A stretch of DNA of 64,000 bases from Escherichia coli. Its GTDB lineage: Bacteria > Pseudomonadota > Gammaproteobacteria > Enterobacterales > Enterobacteriaceae. This document shows, piece by piece, positions 1 through 14,520 of this stretch (position 1 is its first letter; each line of letters begins with the position of its first letter). The stretch lies in assembly GCF_022846255.1 (NCBI RefSeq), contig NZ_AP025682.1; one strand, 5' to 3'. The translations under genes and the position numbers were made by a program. The notes under the pieces are model-generated. The model was not told the origin of the DNA. It did no database searches and saw nothing but the letters and a program-made list of their open reading frames with translations.

Positions 1-727
1 GCTGCGTTTGTGGTGGATACCGTATGGCGAGACGGCAGATCAGGGCGCGTATGTTCACTATCCGGTGGATGATCTGCTCTCGATTCTGGCACTCGAAAGT
101 AAACGTCATCGCTGTATGGTGATTGGTGAAGATCTCGGTACCGTACCGGTAGAGATTGTCGGTAAGCTGCGCAGCAGCGGTGTGTACTCCTACAAAGTGC
201 TCTATTTCGAAAACGACCACGAGAAGACATTCCGCGCACCGAAAGCGTACCCAGAGCAGTCGATGGCGGTTGCGGCGACACACGACCTGCCTACGCTACG
301 CGGCTACTGGGAGAGTGGGGATTTAACGCTGGGCAAAACGCTGGGGCTGTATCCGGATGAAGTGGTACTGCGCGGTCTGTATCAGGATCGCGAACTGGCG
401 AAGCAAGGGCTGCTGGATGCTCTGCATAAATATGGTTGCCTGCCAAAACGTGCCGGGCATAAGGCATCGTTGATGTCGATGACACCGACGCTGAATCGTG
501 GCTTACAGCGCTACATCGCCGATAGCAACAGCGCCCTGTTAGGGCTACAGCCGGAAGACTGGCTGGATATGGCAGATCCGGTAAATATTCCCGGCACCAG
601 TTACCAGTATAAAAACTGGCGACGTAAACTTTCCGCAACGCTTGAGTCGATGTTTGCCGATGATGGTGTGAACAAATTGCTGAAGGATTTGGACAGACGG
701 CGCAGAGCGGCAGCGAAGAAGAAGTAG
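1..727 (+). CDS. malQ: 4-alpha-glucanotransferase (amylomaltase), 3' portion; gene starts upstream of window
   Basis: ORF 8..727 reads in frame from the window edge; C-terminal sequence recognised as MalQ; synteny with gntT. Confidence 0.9.
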   Translation, partial: LRLWWIPYGETADQGAYVHYPVDDLLSILALESKRHRCMVIGEDLGTVPVEIVGKLRSSGVYSYKVLYFENDHEKTFRAPKAYPEQSMAVAATHDLPTLRGYWESGDLTLGKTLGLYPDEVVLRGLYQDRELAKQGLLDALHKYGCLPKRAGHKASLMSMTPTLNRGLQRYIADSNSALLGLQPEDWLDMADPVNIPGTSYQYKNWRRKLSATLESMFADDGVNKLLKDLDRRRRAAAKKK

Positions 728-737
728 AGTGCGGTTG

Positions 738-783
738 ATGCCGGATCGTAGGCCGGATAAGGCGTTCACGCCGCATCCGGCCA
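738..783. repeat. REP (repetitive extragenic palindromic) element
   Basis: gccggataaggcgttcacgccgcatccggc palindrome between convergent malQ and gntT, matching the classic E. coli REP pattern. Confidence 0.7.
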
Positions 784-792
784 TCAGTATTA

Positions 793-2109
793 TCAAATCA
801 CCATATTCAGCAGCAGACAGCCTACCAGACCGCACACCGAGATAATGGTTTCCAGCATCGACCAGGATTTGATGGTCTCGCCGATAGTCAGGTTAAAGTA
901 CTCTTTGAACAGCCAGAAGCCCGGATCGTTCACGTGAGAGAAAATCACACTACCGGAACCAACCGCAATAACCATCAGCTCCGGGCTAACACCCGTCGTT
1001 GCAATCAGCGGTGCCGCGATACCACCCGCAGTGATTGCCGCAACGGTTGCGGAACCCAGCGCGATACGCAGTACGGCAGCAATCGACCAGGCCATCAGCA
1101 GCGGAGAAATGTTGGTTTCGTGCATCATGGAAGCAATGTATTTGTCCACGCCGCTGTCTACCAGCACCTGCTTGAACGCACCGCCACCACCGATGATCAA
1201 CAGCATCATCGCAATGATTTTGATCGAAGAAACCAGCGTGTCGTTAATCTGATCCATTGAACGACCACGGTTCAGACCAAAGGTGAACATCGCAATCAGC
1301 ACGGCAATCAGCGTGGCCATTACCGGGTCACCGAGGAACTCCGCCACCGGCAGGAAAGCGTGACCTTTCGGCAGGATCATTTCGGCAATCGCACGCATCG
1401 CCATCAGAACCACCGGCACCAGAGAGGTCCAGACGCTGACGCCAAAGCTCGGCATCTCTTCTTCGCTGAAGGTTTTCGCGCTGTACAGACCTTCCGGGAT
1501 CGGCTTATCGATACCTTTCAGCACGCGAGCGTAAACCGGACCGGCGAGAATCACGGTCGGGATTGCCAGAATAGTACCGTACAGCAGGGTTTTACCCATA
1601 TCGGCATTGAAAATGGTGGCAATCGCAGTCGGACCCGGATGCGGTGGCAGGAAGCCGTGGGTCACAGACAGTGCAGCCGCCATTGGTACACCAACATACA
1701 GCAGTGGAATATTCGCGGAAGCCGCGATGGTAAACACCAGCGGCAGCATCAGCACAAAGCCCACTTCATAGAACAGGGCAAAACCAACGGTAAAACCGGT
1801 CAGTACCACCGCCCACTGGATGTGTTTTTTACCAAATTTAGCAATCAGCGTGGTGGCGATACGTTGTGCGCCACCGCAGTCTGCCAGCATTTTGCCCAGC
1901 ATTGCGCCAAAACCCATGATCAGGGCAAGGCTACCGAGCGTTCCGCCGACACCTGCTTTGATGGAGCCAATAACTTTATCCAGCGGCATTCCTTGCATTA
2001 ATCCAACAGCAAGCGCCACGAGGACGAGAGCGATGAAGCCGTTCATTTTGAAACGGATCATCAGGAGCAACAACAAGATTACACCGATAGCAACAATGAC
2101 TAATGGCAT
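793..2109 (-). CDS. gntT: high-affinity gluconate:H+ symporter
   Basis: 438-aa ORF, polytopic membrane protein recognised as GntT; ATG start at 2109. Confidence 0.93.
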   Translation of the reverse strand: MPLVIVAIGVILLLLLMIRFKMNGFIALVLVALAVGLMQGMPLDKVIGSIKAGVGGTLGSLALIMGFGAMLGKMLADCGGAQRIATTLIAKFGKKHIQWAVVLTGFTVGFALFYEVGFVLMLPLVFTIAASANIPLLYVGVPMAAALSVTHGFLPPHPGPTAIATIFNADMGKTLLYGTILAIPTVILAGPVYARVLKGIDKPIPEGLYSAKTFSEEEMPSFGVSVWTSLVPVVLMAMRAIAEMILPKGHAFLPVAEFLGDPVMATLIAVLIAMFTFGLNRGRSMDQINDTLVSSIKIIAMMLLIIGGGGAFKQVLVDSGVDKYIASMMHETNISPLLMAWSIAAVLRIALGSATVAAITAGGIAAPLIATTGVSPELMVIAVGSGSVIFSHVNDPGFWLFKEYFNLTIGETIKSWSMLETIISVCGLVGCLLLNMVI

Positions 2110-2256
2110 GATTTACCTGGCCTTTCATTTGTTATGGGTAACGTCAATTTTCTGACGACAAACTCTAATTATCCCAATCGGGAACAGAGATATTGCGGCA
2201 CCACGACTGATACCCACTAAAACTAATTATTGTAGTCAGATGTCAGGAGTATGTTT

Positions 2257-2286
2257 GGTACCCACGTGAATGATACGGGTAACATC
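2257..2286 (-). promoter_or_regulatory. putative GntR operator-like sequence in gntT upstream region
   Basis: ATGTTACCCGTAT-type half sites (reverse complement of ggtacccacgtgaatgatacgggtaacatc) about 150 bp upstream of gntT start; assignment from memory of GntR operator shape. Confidence 0.35.
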
Positions 2287-2413
2287 TGGCGTTTGAGAAT
2301 CACCAGAGCGGGGTAAATTTAAATTATGAGAGGTTGGTCATATTATCGCGGGGAAACGAAGGGAGGGGTTTGCCAAAGCAATGCTGCGCCAACGTCTGGC
2401 TCATGTTCAACGT

Positions 2414-2469
<56 letters not shown>

Positions 2470-3045
2470 TTAGTAGTAGGAGTGCTCGCCGCGCTGGTGT
2501 TCGGTGAGATCGCGCACACCTTTCAGCTCCGGGAATTCGTTCAGCAGCTGCTTCTCGATCCCTTCTTTCAGCGTCACATCTACCATAGAACAACCGTTAC
2601 AGCCGCCGCCAAATTGCAGAATGGCGTAACCGTCTTCGGTGATTTCCATCAGCGAAACGCGACCACCGTGACCAGCAAGCTGTGGGTTGATCTGCGACTG
2701 CAGCATATACTCCACGCGCTCCATCAGCGGTGCATCGTCTGCGACTTTACGCATTTTGGCGTTAGGCGCTTTCAGCGTTAACTGGGAACCCAACTGGTCT
2801 GTAACAAAGTCGATCTCTGCATCTTCCAGGTAAGGAGCGCTTAACTCATCAACATACGCGGTCAGCAGGTCAAATTTCAGGGCAGTGTCGGTGGCTTCTA
2901 CAGCGTCCGGCGGACAATAAGAAACGCCACATTCAGCGTTAGGCGTGCCAGGGTTAATCACAAATACGCGGATTTGTGTCCCTTCTTCCTGATTTGCCAG
3001 CAGTTTGGCAAAGTGCGCTTGTGCAGCATCGGAAATACGGATCAT
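2470..3045 (-). CDS. nfuA: Fe-S cluster carrier protein NfuA
   Basis: 191-aa ORF with CxxC motifs; recognised NfuA sequence. Confidence 0.93.
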
Positions 3046-3103
3046 AGTAATGGCCTAATAGTTGACTATTTTAGTTGGTTATAATACGCCCATCATCGAG
3101 GCT

Positions 3104-4595
<1,492 letters not shown>

Positions 4596-4623
4596 GTGGC
4601 TTTTGAAATGGCGAGACAGAACT

Positions 4624-5502
4624 TTACTGACTCGCCGCAGCCAACTCTTCTTCTGACACCCCGGTAAAACGCATGATGTCCGCAAGAGGGACTCCGGATT
4701 CAAGCATTATTTTTGCTATATGCAAGGCTTTGGATTGTTCCCCCTCTTGCCGCAATCTTTCCGCAATAGTCATTAAGCTCTCCTTGTGTTTCGGTGAATG
4801 TTCGGCAACGCCGTCGATAAAATCGTTAAAACGTACCGCATCGCCGGTTTGCAAGATGTAATTAAACAGCCCTTTGATTTGTCTGTCATTAGCGTATCCA
4901 CTACTTAATAAGCAGGCCATTTGCTCTACCAGTCCCATCAGATCGCGTTGACGAATATGTTTTTGAATTAACTCCAGCAGCGCCATACGTCGGTGCTGCA
5001 TGATTTCATCATCAGGCATGACGGTGACATCAATCAGCGGAAATGCGGAGGCATAAAGCTGCCTTGCCAGGTTGGGATCGGCGAAACAATCCAGCCAACA
5101 CAGTGAATAGGGATAGGGGCTTTCAATGCCGTGGTAAAACAACAATGGCACCACCATCGGCAATGTTTTGTATCCGGCATCCAGGTGATTTTGCATTGCG
5201 GCAATGGCGTAACGCATCATGCGAAATGCGATCAGTTTGTTTGAGGTGCTTTGATGTTCAATCAGACAATAGATGTATCCTGGCCCTTGTTCCGTTTTCA
5301 CCGACCACAGCACGTCGGAATAGCTTTCACGCAGATCGTCATCAATAAAGCTGCTCGACTCCAGCTTGAGGGTTTTCATATCACAGAGCGCGTGAATAGG
5401 TGCCGGTAAATGAAACGCAAGAAAATCGCGCGCCGTCTCCGGTTGGCGTAAAAAGAGTTTGAACAGCGCATCGTGTGGGGTGGAACTCTGCTTTTTGCTC
5501 AT
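4624..5502 (-). CDS. rpnA: recombination-promoting nuclease RpnA (YhgA, transposase-like)
   Basis: 292-aa ORF recognised as YhgA/RpnA family. Confidence 0.85.
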   Translation of the reverse strand: MSKKQSSTPHDALFKLFLRQPETARDFLAFHLPAPIHALCDMKTLKLESSSFIDDDLRESYSDVLWSVKTEQGPGYIYCLIEHQSTSNKLIAFRMMRYAIAAMQNHLDAGYKTLPMVVPLLFYHGIESPYPYSLCWLDCFADPNLARQLYASAFPLIDVTVMPDDEIMQHRRMALLELIQKHIRQRDLMGLVEQMACLLSSGYANDRQIKGLFNYILQTGDAVRFNDFIDGVAEHSPKHKESLMTIAERLRQEGEQSKALHIAKIMLESGVPLADIMRFTGVSEEELAAASQ

Positions 5503-5704
5503 GGCGTTCCTTCACCTGTTGTTTGAATGCCGCGACTCTACGCACCACTCCACACCTGTGCATTAGCGAGTTTTCATCCCTGCGAGACGCTTTCAGAGGA
5601 ATTTACGTCGCGCTGCAAGGGTTGCATTTTTATGGAAAGCCGCACGCAAAAAAGCCCGGATGCAAACGCATACCGGGCTTTTCAAAACAGGTGATGGAGT
5701 ATGG

Positions 5705-5941
5705 TTAACGCAGCGCCCACCACTCGCGCAGGCAGGCTTTGCCTTCCGGGCAGCTTTTACAATTGCCAGAGAGGCAGCCGTCAGGTTCTTCCTGAATCCG
5801 CACGGCTTTGCCCATGCTTTCCAGCTGTTGCAGCATGGCGTTAATCATTGGCTGCGGGGTGTTCAATGTCTGGCTTATCTGGGCCGCTTCCATCCGGCCC
5901 CGTAACGCCAGCAAATCACGCACCTGAATAAGTGAAGCCAT
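5705..5941 (-). CDS. feoC: ferrous iron transport protein FeoC
   Basis: 78-aa product from ATG (MASLIQ) at 5939-5941; ORF-track start at 5950 is a TTG extension; Cys-rich C-terminus; start overlaps feoB stop. Confidence 0.85.
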   Translation of the reverse strand: MASLIQVRDLLALRGRMEAAQISQTLNTPQPMINAMLQQLESMGKAVRIQEEPDGCLSGNCKSCPEGKACLREWWALR

Positions 5942-8262
5942 TAATGGCAATCACCGGTGGTGCTGGCTGCGCAGCAACTGCTTACCGACTTGCGCGTTGC
6001 CAGCAGTTCGATATCCACCCGGCTACGCGCGCGACGCAGCAAACCGATAACCACGATGTTAAACAGGATAACCGCCAGAATGCACACCAGGCTGTAAGTT
6101 GGATGCTGGCTGTAGCTGGCGACCTGATAGAACAATGTTGCCAGTGAGTAAGCAATATTCAGCCCCCACAGGATGGAGAAGCCCATCCAGCCACGGCTTG
6201 ATTCACGCGCGATAGCCCCCATCACCGAGATGCACGGTACGTACAGCAGGACGAAAATCAGGTAGCTGTATGCGGCAGCTGCGCTACCGAATTTCTGATC
6301 CATCACGCCCATCGCCCCGGTACCCATTTCGCCGTCGCCTTTGCTGGCTTCAATGGGGTTCATCAGTACGCTAAGGCTGAAGGTGTCTTTCAGGCTCTGC
6401 CAGGTTTCATCTACCGCACTGAACAGCTCTTCACCGAGGTTAAATTCCGCCGGATTGAACTCTTCGTCCTGAATATTTTCTGCGGTGTAGAGGGTGTTGA
6501 GCGTACCCACCACCACTTCTTTCGCCATGGCACCTGTAAACAGGCCAACCGTTGCCTGCCAGTTATCTTCATGTACGCCAATCGGCTTGAAGACCGGGGT
6601 GATCACCCGGCTGACGGAAGCCAGCGCCGAGTCGTTGATGTTATCGACGATTTTTCCGCTCAGCGAGAAGCTGTTGAAGGCGCTCAGGAAAATGCTGACA
6701 ATGATAATCACTTTACCAGCACGCAGAACGAAGCCTTTCAGACGCTGCCAGGTCTGGATAACCAGGCTTTTAACGTGTGGTACATGGTAGACCGGCAGCT
6801 CCATGACAAACGGCGTCGCTTCACCGCGCATGATGGTGTACTTGAGCATCAGGCCCGTCAGCACCGCCATTACGATACCCAGCATATACAGCGAGAAGAC
6901 CGCCAGCGCACCGTTCTGCCCGAAGAAGGCAGCCGCGAATACTGCGAAGATAGCCAGACGCGCGCCGCAGGACATAAACGGTGCCATCATGATGGTCATC
7001 AGACGTTCACGCGGTGCATCAAGCGTACGTGCGCCCATTACCGACGGTACGTTACAACCGAAACCAACGATCAGCGGTACAAAGGATTTCCCCGGCAAGC
7101 CCAGCGCCTGCATCAGGCGGTCCATCACAAACGCCGCACGCGCCATATAGCCGGAGTCCTCAAGGAAGGAGAGGAACAGGTACATCATGCCGATCTGCGG
7201 CACCAGTGGCAGCACGGTGTTAATACCGCCACCCAGGCCCTGGGCGAGGAAGATAGTCAGCCAGTCCGGGAAGTGGAGCGTGTAGCCAATCCACTGAATA
7301 CCATGCACAAACAGCGCCACGGAACCGACATCAAACAGCGGCTGTAACGCCCCGCCGATGTTGATAGCCAGCAGGAACATCAGGTACATCACAAAGAGGA
7401 AAATCGGCAGACCGAGGAAACGGTTGAGCACGATTTTATCTACCGCAGTGGTGAAACGGCTGGGTTCTGCCGTCAGGGTGTTGCTTACCACATCACAGAT
7501 GGCAGCAATGCACTGGTAACGCGCATCGGCAATGTGCAGCGCCGGATCGTCCATCTCATTACGCAGACGGGCGAGGGCGGCATCCAGATGCTGCGACGCT
7601 TCACCGGCGTAGGCGCGGCTGTAGATATCGCCTTCCAGCATTTGCAGGCCCAGCCAGCGACGTTGTTTCAGCGGGATGTCGGAAGGCATCACTTTTGCCA
7701 GTGAATCTGCTTCGTTGAGTAGCGGCTGTGCGTAATGCACCAGTTCCACATTCTCGTTAGCTTTATAGCGATCAATCGCCAGCTTGAGCGCTTCAATACC
7801 GCGACCACGGGTTGAAACCAGCGGGATCACCGGGCAGCCAAGACGCGCCGACAGAGCATCAATTTCAATACGAATATTTTGCTTCTCGGCAATGTCGAGC
7901 ATGTTCAGTGCCACGATGCAGGGAATGCCGAGTTCCAACAGTTGCAGCGTCAGGTACAGGTTACGCTCAAGGTTAGACGCATCCACCACGTTAATCAGCA
8001 GGTCTGCGTCGCCACTCAAAATGTAGTGACAGGCGATTTGCTCATCGAGCGAGGTCTGCGATGAGATGGTGGTCAGAGAATAGGTGCCGGGCAGGTCCAC
8101 CAGCGTGACCTGATGATCGGTGGTGGAGAATTGCCCTTCTTTACGTTCGACGGTAACGCCAGCCCAGTTACCTACACGCTGACGTGAGCCAGTGAGCTGG
8201 TTAAATAACGTTGTCTTGCCAGAATTTGGATTACCAATTAAGCCAATGGTTAATTTTTTCAT
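5941..8262 (-). CDS. feoB: ferrous iron transporter FeoB (GTPase plus permease)
   Basis: 773-aa product from [18 protein letters not shown] (G1 GTPase motif) at 8262; ORF-track start extended by 4 codons. Confidence 0.93.
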   Translation of the reverse strand: MKKLTIGLIGNPNSGKTTLFNQLTGSRQRVGNWAGVTVERKEGQFSTTDHQVTLVDLPGTYSLTTISSQTSLDEQIACHYILSGDADLLINVVDASNLERNLYLTLQLLELGIPCIVALNMLDIAEKQNIRIEIDALSARLGCPVIPLVSTRGRGIEALKLAIDRYKANENVELVHYAQPLLNEADSLAKVMPSDIPLKQRRWLGLQMLEGDIYSRAYAGEASQHLDAALARLRNEMDDPALHIADARYQCIAAICDVVSNTLTAEPSRFTTAVDKIVLNRFLGLPIFLFVMYLMFLLAINIGGALQPLFDVGSVALFVHGIQWIGYTLHFPDWLTIFLAQGLGGGINTVLPLVPQIGMMYLFLSFLEDSGYMARAAFVMDRLMQALGLPGKSFVPLIVGFGCNVPSVMGARTLDAPRERLMTIMMAPFMSCGARLAIFAVFAAAFFGQNGALAVFSLYMLGIVMAVLTGLMLKYTIMRGEATPFVMELPVYHVPHVKSLVIQTWQRLKGFVLRAGKVIIIVSIFLSAFNSFSLSGKIVDNINDSALASVSRVITPVFKPIGVHEDNWQATVGLFTGAMAKEVVVGTLNTLYTAENIQDEEFNPAEFNLGEELFSAVDETWQSLKDTFSLSVLMNPIEASKGDGEMGTGAMGVMDQKFGSAAAAYSYLIFVLLYVPCISVMGAIARESSRGWMGFSILWGLNIAYSLATLFYQVASYSQHPTYSLVCILAVILFNIVVIGLLRRARSRVDIELLATRKSVSSCCAASTTGDCH

Positions 8263-8278
8263 TGTTGTTATCACCGTA

Positions 8279-8506
8279 TTAACAGGAAACCGCTTCCACT
8301 TCTAATAAGGCCAGATCTTTTTTGCGTAATACCAGGCTCACACGACGGGTTTCGATATGAATGGGGTCGCCGAGTGGAGCGACGCGCACCACATTAAAAG
8401 AGGAGCCAGGTAACATGCCAAGAGAAAGCAGTTTTTGGCGATATGCCGGGCTGATTTCACGGGAAAAGCCAGTAATTTTCCACGCAGTATCTGGAGTGTA
8501 TTGCAT
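8279..8506 (-). CDS. feoA: ferrous iron transport protein FeoA
   Basis: 75-aa ORF immediately upstream of feoB. Confidence 0.92.
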   Translation of the reverse strand: MQYTPDTAWKITGFSREISPAYRQKLLSLGMLPGSSFNVVRVAPLGDPIHIETRRVSLVLRKKDLALLEVEAVSC

Positions 8507-8613
8507 AGGTGCCTACTTGTTTCTCATTAACTGGATAACTACCTCATGGGGCGTTTGACAGCGACATGAGACCAGATGATTTGCCAACGAAGGAGAGATT
8601 AAATAATCAACAG

Positions 8614-8633
8614 TACAATGATAATGAGAATGG
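8614..8633 (-). promoter_or_regulatory. candidate Fur box in feoA upstream region
   Basis: caATGATAATgAgaATgg resembles the GATAATGATAATCATTATC Fur consensus; feoABC is known to be Fur-repressed. Confidence 0.35.
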
Positions 8634-8695
8634 TTTCTATCAGCAATACTTAAAATGTGTGTGAATGTTGGTTTGAATAATAATCTGACTCAATG

Positions 8696-8709
8696 TTGAT
8701 ATGGCTCAA
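8696..8709 (-). promoter_or_regulatory. candidate FNR site in feoA upstream region
   Basis: TTGAT-atgg-CTCAA, one mismatch from TTGAT-N4-ATCAA; feo is known to be FNR-activated. Confidence 0.3.
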
Positions 8710-8834
8710 GGTTATATCGCAGCGAAAATATAATTCGCATGACGAATTATTAGGGCTGGTTAATGTTTAATTAAGGTTTCAGTTGTTAATGAAGTGATAA
8801 ATATTAATGGGATATATTATGAGTTTGCTTGTGG

Positions 8835-8862
8835 AATAAAAAGGCCGGAGATATTCTCCGGC
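8835..8862 (-). terminator. rho-independent terminator downstream of tex
   Basis: ggccggagatattctccggc hairpin flanked by A-tract on + strand (T-tract on - strand). Confidence 0.6.
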
Positions 8863-8871
8863 ACTTTTATG

Positions 8872-8920
8872 TCAGGCAAGGCGTTCGTTGCCAGATGTGG
8901 CGTGAACGCCTAATCGCGCA
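8872..8920. repeat. REP-like palindromic element
   Basis: ggcgttc...gaacgcc inverted repeat with REP-like flanks just downstream of tex. Confidence 0.4.
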
Positions 8921-8943
8921 GGTTTAGGGGCCAGTCCGGGCGT

Positions 8944-11265
8944 TTAACGTTTTTTGCCCATTGCCGCCGCCAGCGCATCCATCATCGCGCTATTACCGGC
9001 AGGCTGCGCTTCACGCCCACGCGGTTTGGCTGCCGGGCGGTTGTTTTGCGGGCGATCGTTACCGCCACCGCGACGGGCGTTGGTTTCGCCAGGCTGCTCG
9101 TCCAGACGCATGGTCAGGGCGATACGTTTACGCTGAAGATCCACTTCCAGCACTTTCACCTTCACAATGTCGCCCGCTTTCACCACGGTATGCGGATCTT
9201 CCACAAACTTGTTCGACAATGAAGAGATGTGAACCAGGCCGTCCTGATGCACGCCAATATCGACAAACGCGCCAAAGTTGGTGACGTTGGTCACCGCACC
9301 TTCGAGGATCATACCCGGTTGCAGGTCGTTCATTGTCTCGACGCCATCGGCAAACTGAGCGGTTTTAAATTCCGGACGCGGATCGCGACCCGGTTTTTCC
9401 AGCTCTTTGATGATGTCGGTTACCGTCGGCACACCGAATTTTTCATCAGTAAAGTCAGACGCTTTCAGGTTACGCAGCTCGCTGCTGTTACCCATCAGAT
9501 CTTTCAGTGCCTGCTGTGTTGCTGCCAGAATGCGTTCCACCACCGGATAGGCTTCCGGGTGGACGGTAGACGCGTCCAGCGGGTTATCACCATGGTTAAT
9601 GCGCAAGAAGCCCGCGCACTGCTCGAAGGCTTTCGGCCCCAGACGGCTCACTTTTAACAGTTGCTGACGGTTCTGGAACTGGCCGTTCTCATCGCGCCAG
9701 GCCACGATGTTTTGCGCCATCATGCGCGTCAGGCCCGCCACGCGGGTTAACAGAGGAACAGAAGCGGTGTTGAGATCGACGCCAACGGCGTTTACGCAGT
9801 CTTCTACTACTGCATCCAGTTTGCGTGCCAGCTGCGTCTGGCTGACGTCATGCTGATACTGACCTACGCCGATAGATTTCGGATCGATTTTCACCAGCTC
9901 CGCCAGCGGATCCTGCAAACGACGGGCGATAGACACCGCGCCACGCAGCGAAACGTCGAGATCCGGGAATTCCTGTGCTGCCAGCTCGGAAGCCGAGTAA
10001 ACCGACGCGCCAGCTTCGCTGACGATCACTTTCTGCGCGGTCACTTTCGGGAACTGCTTCTGCACGTCGAGATAGAAACGTTCGGTTTCGCGGGAAGCTG
10101 TACCGTTGCCGATCGCCACCAGTTCAACATTATGCTTTTCACACAGGGCGGCAACGGTCATCGCTGCTTTTGCGGCCTGCCCGGTATGCGGGTAAATGGT
10201 ATCGGTCGCCACCAGTTTGCCAGTTGCATCGACTACCGCCACTTTTACCCCGGTACGCAGACCCGGATCGAGGCCCATCGTTGCACGCAGTCCGGCAGGG
10301 GCCGCCATCAGCAGATCGTGCAGGTTACGGGCAAAGACGTTGATTGCTTCATCTTCCGCGCGTTCGCGCACGGTGCCCATCAGTTCAGTTTCCAGATGCA
10401 TCAACACCTTGATGCGCCACGTCCAGCTCACCACACCTTTGCGCCAGCTATCCGCCGGGGCATTGTTCAGGCGCAGGCCAAGGTGATCCATGATGATTTG
10501 CTCGCAATAGCTCTCTTTCGGCGGCTCTTCGAACTGCGGATCGGCATTCAGCGAAAGCTGAAGTATGCCTTCGTTACGACCACGGAACATCGCCAGCGCG
10601 CGGTGAGAAGGCACCGTTGACAGCGGTTCGTGATGATCGAAATAGTCGCGGAATTTCGCCCCTTCCTCTTCTTTACCGCTCACCACCGTAGAAACCAAAT
10701 GCGCGTTCTTCCACAGATAATCACGCACTTTCGCCAGCAGCGCGGCATCTTCGGCAAACCGTTCCATCAGGATATAGCGCGCGCCGTCCAGCGCGGCTTT
10801 GGTATCTGCCACGCCTTTATCGGCATCAATATATTGTGCAGCGGCGACTTCTGGCGTGTGTGACGGATCGCTCCACAGCAGATCGGCCAACGGCTCAAGC
10901 CCTGCTTCAATGGCGATTTGCCCACGGGTGCGGCGTTTAGGTTTGTAGGGCAGGTAGAGGTCTTCGAGTTCGGTTTTGCTTAGGGTGGCGTTGATGGCAT
11001 TCGCCAGATCATCGGTGAGTTTGCCTTGCTCGGAAATGGACTTGAGGATCGCCTGACGTCTCTCTTCCAGCTCGCGCAGATAGCTCAGACGCGTTTCCAG
11101 ATTACGCAGCTGCGTGTCATCCAGACCGCCGGTGATTTCCTTACGATAACGTGCGATAAACGGCACGGTATTCCCTTCGTCAAGCAGGCGAACGGCAGCG
11201 TCAACCTGTTCCGGGCGCGCCTGAATTTCACCCGCAATAATGCGGCAGAACGAATCATTCATCAT
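8944..11265 (-). CDS. tex: transcription accessory protein Tex (YhgF), S1 domain protein
   Basis: 773-aa ORF recognised as Tex/YhgF. Confidence 0.93.
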   Translation of the reverse strand: MMNDSFCRIIAGEIQARPEQVDAAVRLLDEGNTVPFIARYRKEITGGLDDTQLRNLETRLSYLRELEERRQAILKSISEQGKLTDDLANAINATLSKTELEDLYLPYKPKRRTRGQIAIEAGLEPLADLLWSDPSHTPEVAAAQYIDADKGVADTKAALDGARYILMERFAEDAALLAKVRDYLWKNAHLVSTVVSGKEEEGAKFRDYFDHHEPLSTVPSHRALAMFRGRNEGILQLSLNADPQFEEPPKESYCEQIIMDHLGLRLNNAPADSWRKGVVSWTWRIKVLMHLETELMGTVRERAEDEAINVFARNLHDLLMAAPAGLRATMGLDPGLRTGVKVAVVDATGKLVATDTIYPHTGQAAKAAMTVAALCEKHNVELVAIGNGTASRETERFYLDVQKQFPKVTAQKVIVSEAGASVYSASELAAQEFPDLDVSLRGAVSIARRLQDPLAELVKIDPKSIGVGQYQHDVSQTQLARKLDAVVEDCVNAVGVDLNTASVPLLTRVAGLTRMMAQNIVAWRDENGQFQNRQQLLKVSRLGPKAFEQCAGFLRINHGDNPLDASTVHPEAYPVVERILAATQQALKDLMGNSSELRNLKASDFTDEKFGVPTVTDIIKELEKPGRDPRPEFKTAQFADGVETMNDLQPGMILEGAVTNVTNFGAFVDIGVHQDGLVHISSLSNKFVEDPHTVVKAGDIVKVKVLEVDLQRKRIALTMRLDEQPGETNARRGGGNDRPQNNRPAAKPRGREAQPAGNSAMMDALAAAMGKKR

Positions 11266-11361
11266 GGTTTGAGTTCATCTTTTCGGATCAAAAATCAGGG
11301 GATAGTTATACGGACTGGCTGGCAAAAATGCCAGCCATCGGCAGGAGGTTAAGACTCTTCC

Positions 11362-11838
11362 TTACGGTTTCACGTACTCGATAGCATTAACATACCAGCT
11401 CGCTTCCCCGGCAGGGGTATTCACCACCGCCAGATCGCCGACTTCTTTTTTCAGCAATGCGCGGGCCATCGGGGAATCGATAGAGATGTAATCTTTACGG
11501 CCAAAAATTTCATCGTAGCCGACAATACGGAAACGGTGAGTCACACCATCGTCGTTTTCAATCTCCACCCACGCACCAAAAAAGACTTTGCCTTCCTGCT
11601 GCGGGGAGTAATCGACGATTTTGAGATTTTCCATGCATTTAGTGAGATAGCGCACGCGACGGTCGATTTCACGCAGGCGCTTTTTATTATACTGATAGTC
11701 AGCATTTTCGCTGCGGTCGCCCAGACTTGCGGCCCAGGTCACTTTCTTTGTGACCTCCGGGCGTTCTTCACGCCAGAGATAATTAAGCTCTTGTTTGAGT
11801 TTTTCATACCCTTCCCGGGTAACCAGGGGCGTTTTCAT
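11362..11838 (-). CDS. greB: transcription elongation factor GreB
   Basis: 158-aa product from ATG (MKTPLVTREGYEKL) at 11838; ORF-track start is a 12-codon extension. Confidence 0.92.
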   Translation of the reverse strand: MKTPLVTREGYEKLKQELNYLWREERPEVTKKVTWAASLGDRSENADYQYNKKRLREIDRRVRYLTKCMENLKIVDYSPQQEGKVFFGAWVEIENDDGVTHRFRIVGYDEIFGRKDYISIDSPMARALLKKEVGDLAVVNTPAGEASWYVNAIEYVKP

Positions 11839-12065
11839 CTCGTTGATTCCCTTTGTCTGTTTGATAATGCGCACATTGGGTATAACGTGATCATATCAAC
11901 AGAATCAATAATGTTTCGCCGAATAAATTGTATACTTAAGCTGCTGTTTAATATGCTTTGTAACAATTTAGGCTGAAATTCATACCAGATTTAGCTGGTG
12001 ACGAACGTGAGCTTTTTTAAGAATACACGCTTACAAATTGTTGCGAACCTTTGGGAGTACAAACA

Positions 12066-14134
<2,069 letters not shown>

Positions 14135-14136
14135 AT

Positions 14137-14167
14137 AAAACGGGAGGTGAAGGTGCCTCCCGTTTTT
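14137..14167. terminator. bidirectional rho-independent terminator (envZ on +, TA cassette on -)
   Basis: cgggaggtgaaggtgcctcccg hairpin followed by TTTTT on + strand and T-rich run on - strand. Confidence 0.7.
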
Positions 14168-14462
14168 AGATTGTTTTCAATTGATTGATAATGAAAGGAT
14201 TCGCTTGCAAAAGCAGGAGCAATTTTCGGGGTGCTCCGGTAGGCTGACGGCGTTTGGTTTCCCAGCTTTTGACCAGGTCATAACTTACCCCTACGGCGAC
14301 AGCAAAATCTTGCTGACGTAAACCCGTTGCTTCACGGATCGCTTTTACATCGATTTCGCTAAAAGTATGGACGTGCTCTGGTTCAGGCGTTTCTTCACCC
14401 TTTTCGATGCGTACCATTTCTTCTGCGCTGGCAAGAAGATCAGCAAATAATTCATCTTTCAT
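14166..14462 (-). CDS. putative antitoxin, XRE-family helix-turn-helix protein
   Basis: 98-aa ORF, ATG at 14462 with GGAGG upstream; HTH-like segment GLRQQDFAVAVGVSYDLVKSWETKRRQP; lies downstream of a RelE/ParE-like ORF. Confidence 0.7.
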   Translation of the reverse strand: MKDELFADLLASAEEMVRIEKGEETPEPEHVHTFSEIDVKAIREATGLRQQDFAVAVGVSYDLVKSWETKRRQPTGAPRKLLLLLQANPFIINQLKTI

Positions 14463-14520
14463 CTGTTTTCAATGCCTCCGTTGACATTTCGGCCATGGTG
14501 GAATTTGTGGAGCTTCAACA

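Noticed and set aside
1360-2001. 213-aa ORF on + strand antisense to gntT
   Set aside because: Lies entirely within gntT on the opposite strand, with a His/Arg/Gln-rich composition typical of antisense frames of membrane-protein genes; no start context.
4624-5502. rpnA considered as an active IS or transposon
   Set aside because: Single transposase-like gene without terminal inverted repeats or target-site duplications visible in the flanks; consistent with a domesticated Rpn nuclease.
6571-7347. 258-aa ORF antisense to feoB
   Set aside because: Fully embedded in feoB on the opposite strand with highly biased composition; spurious.
9850-10620. 256-aa ORF antisense to tex
   Set aside because: Fully embedded antisense frame; no independent signals.
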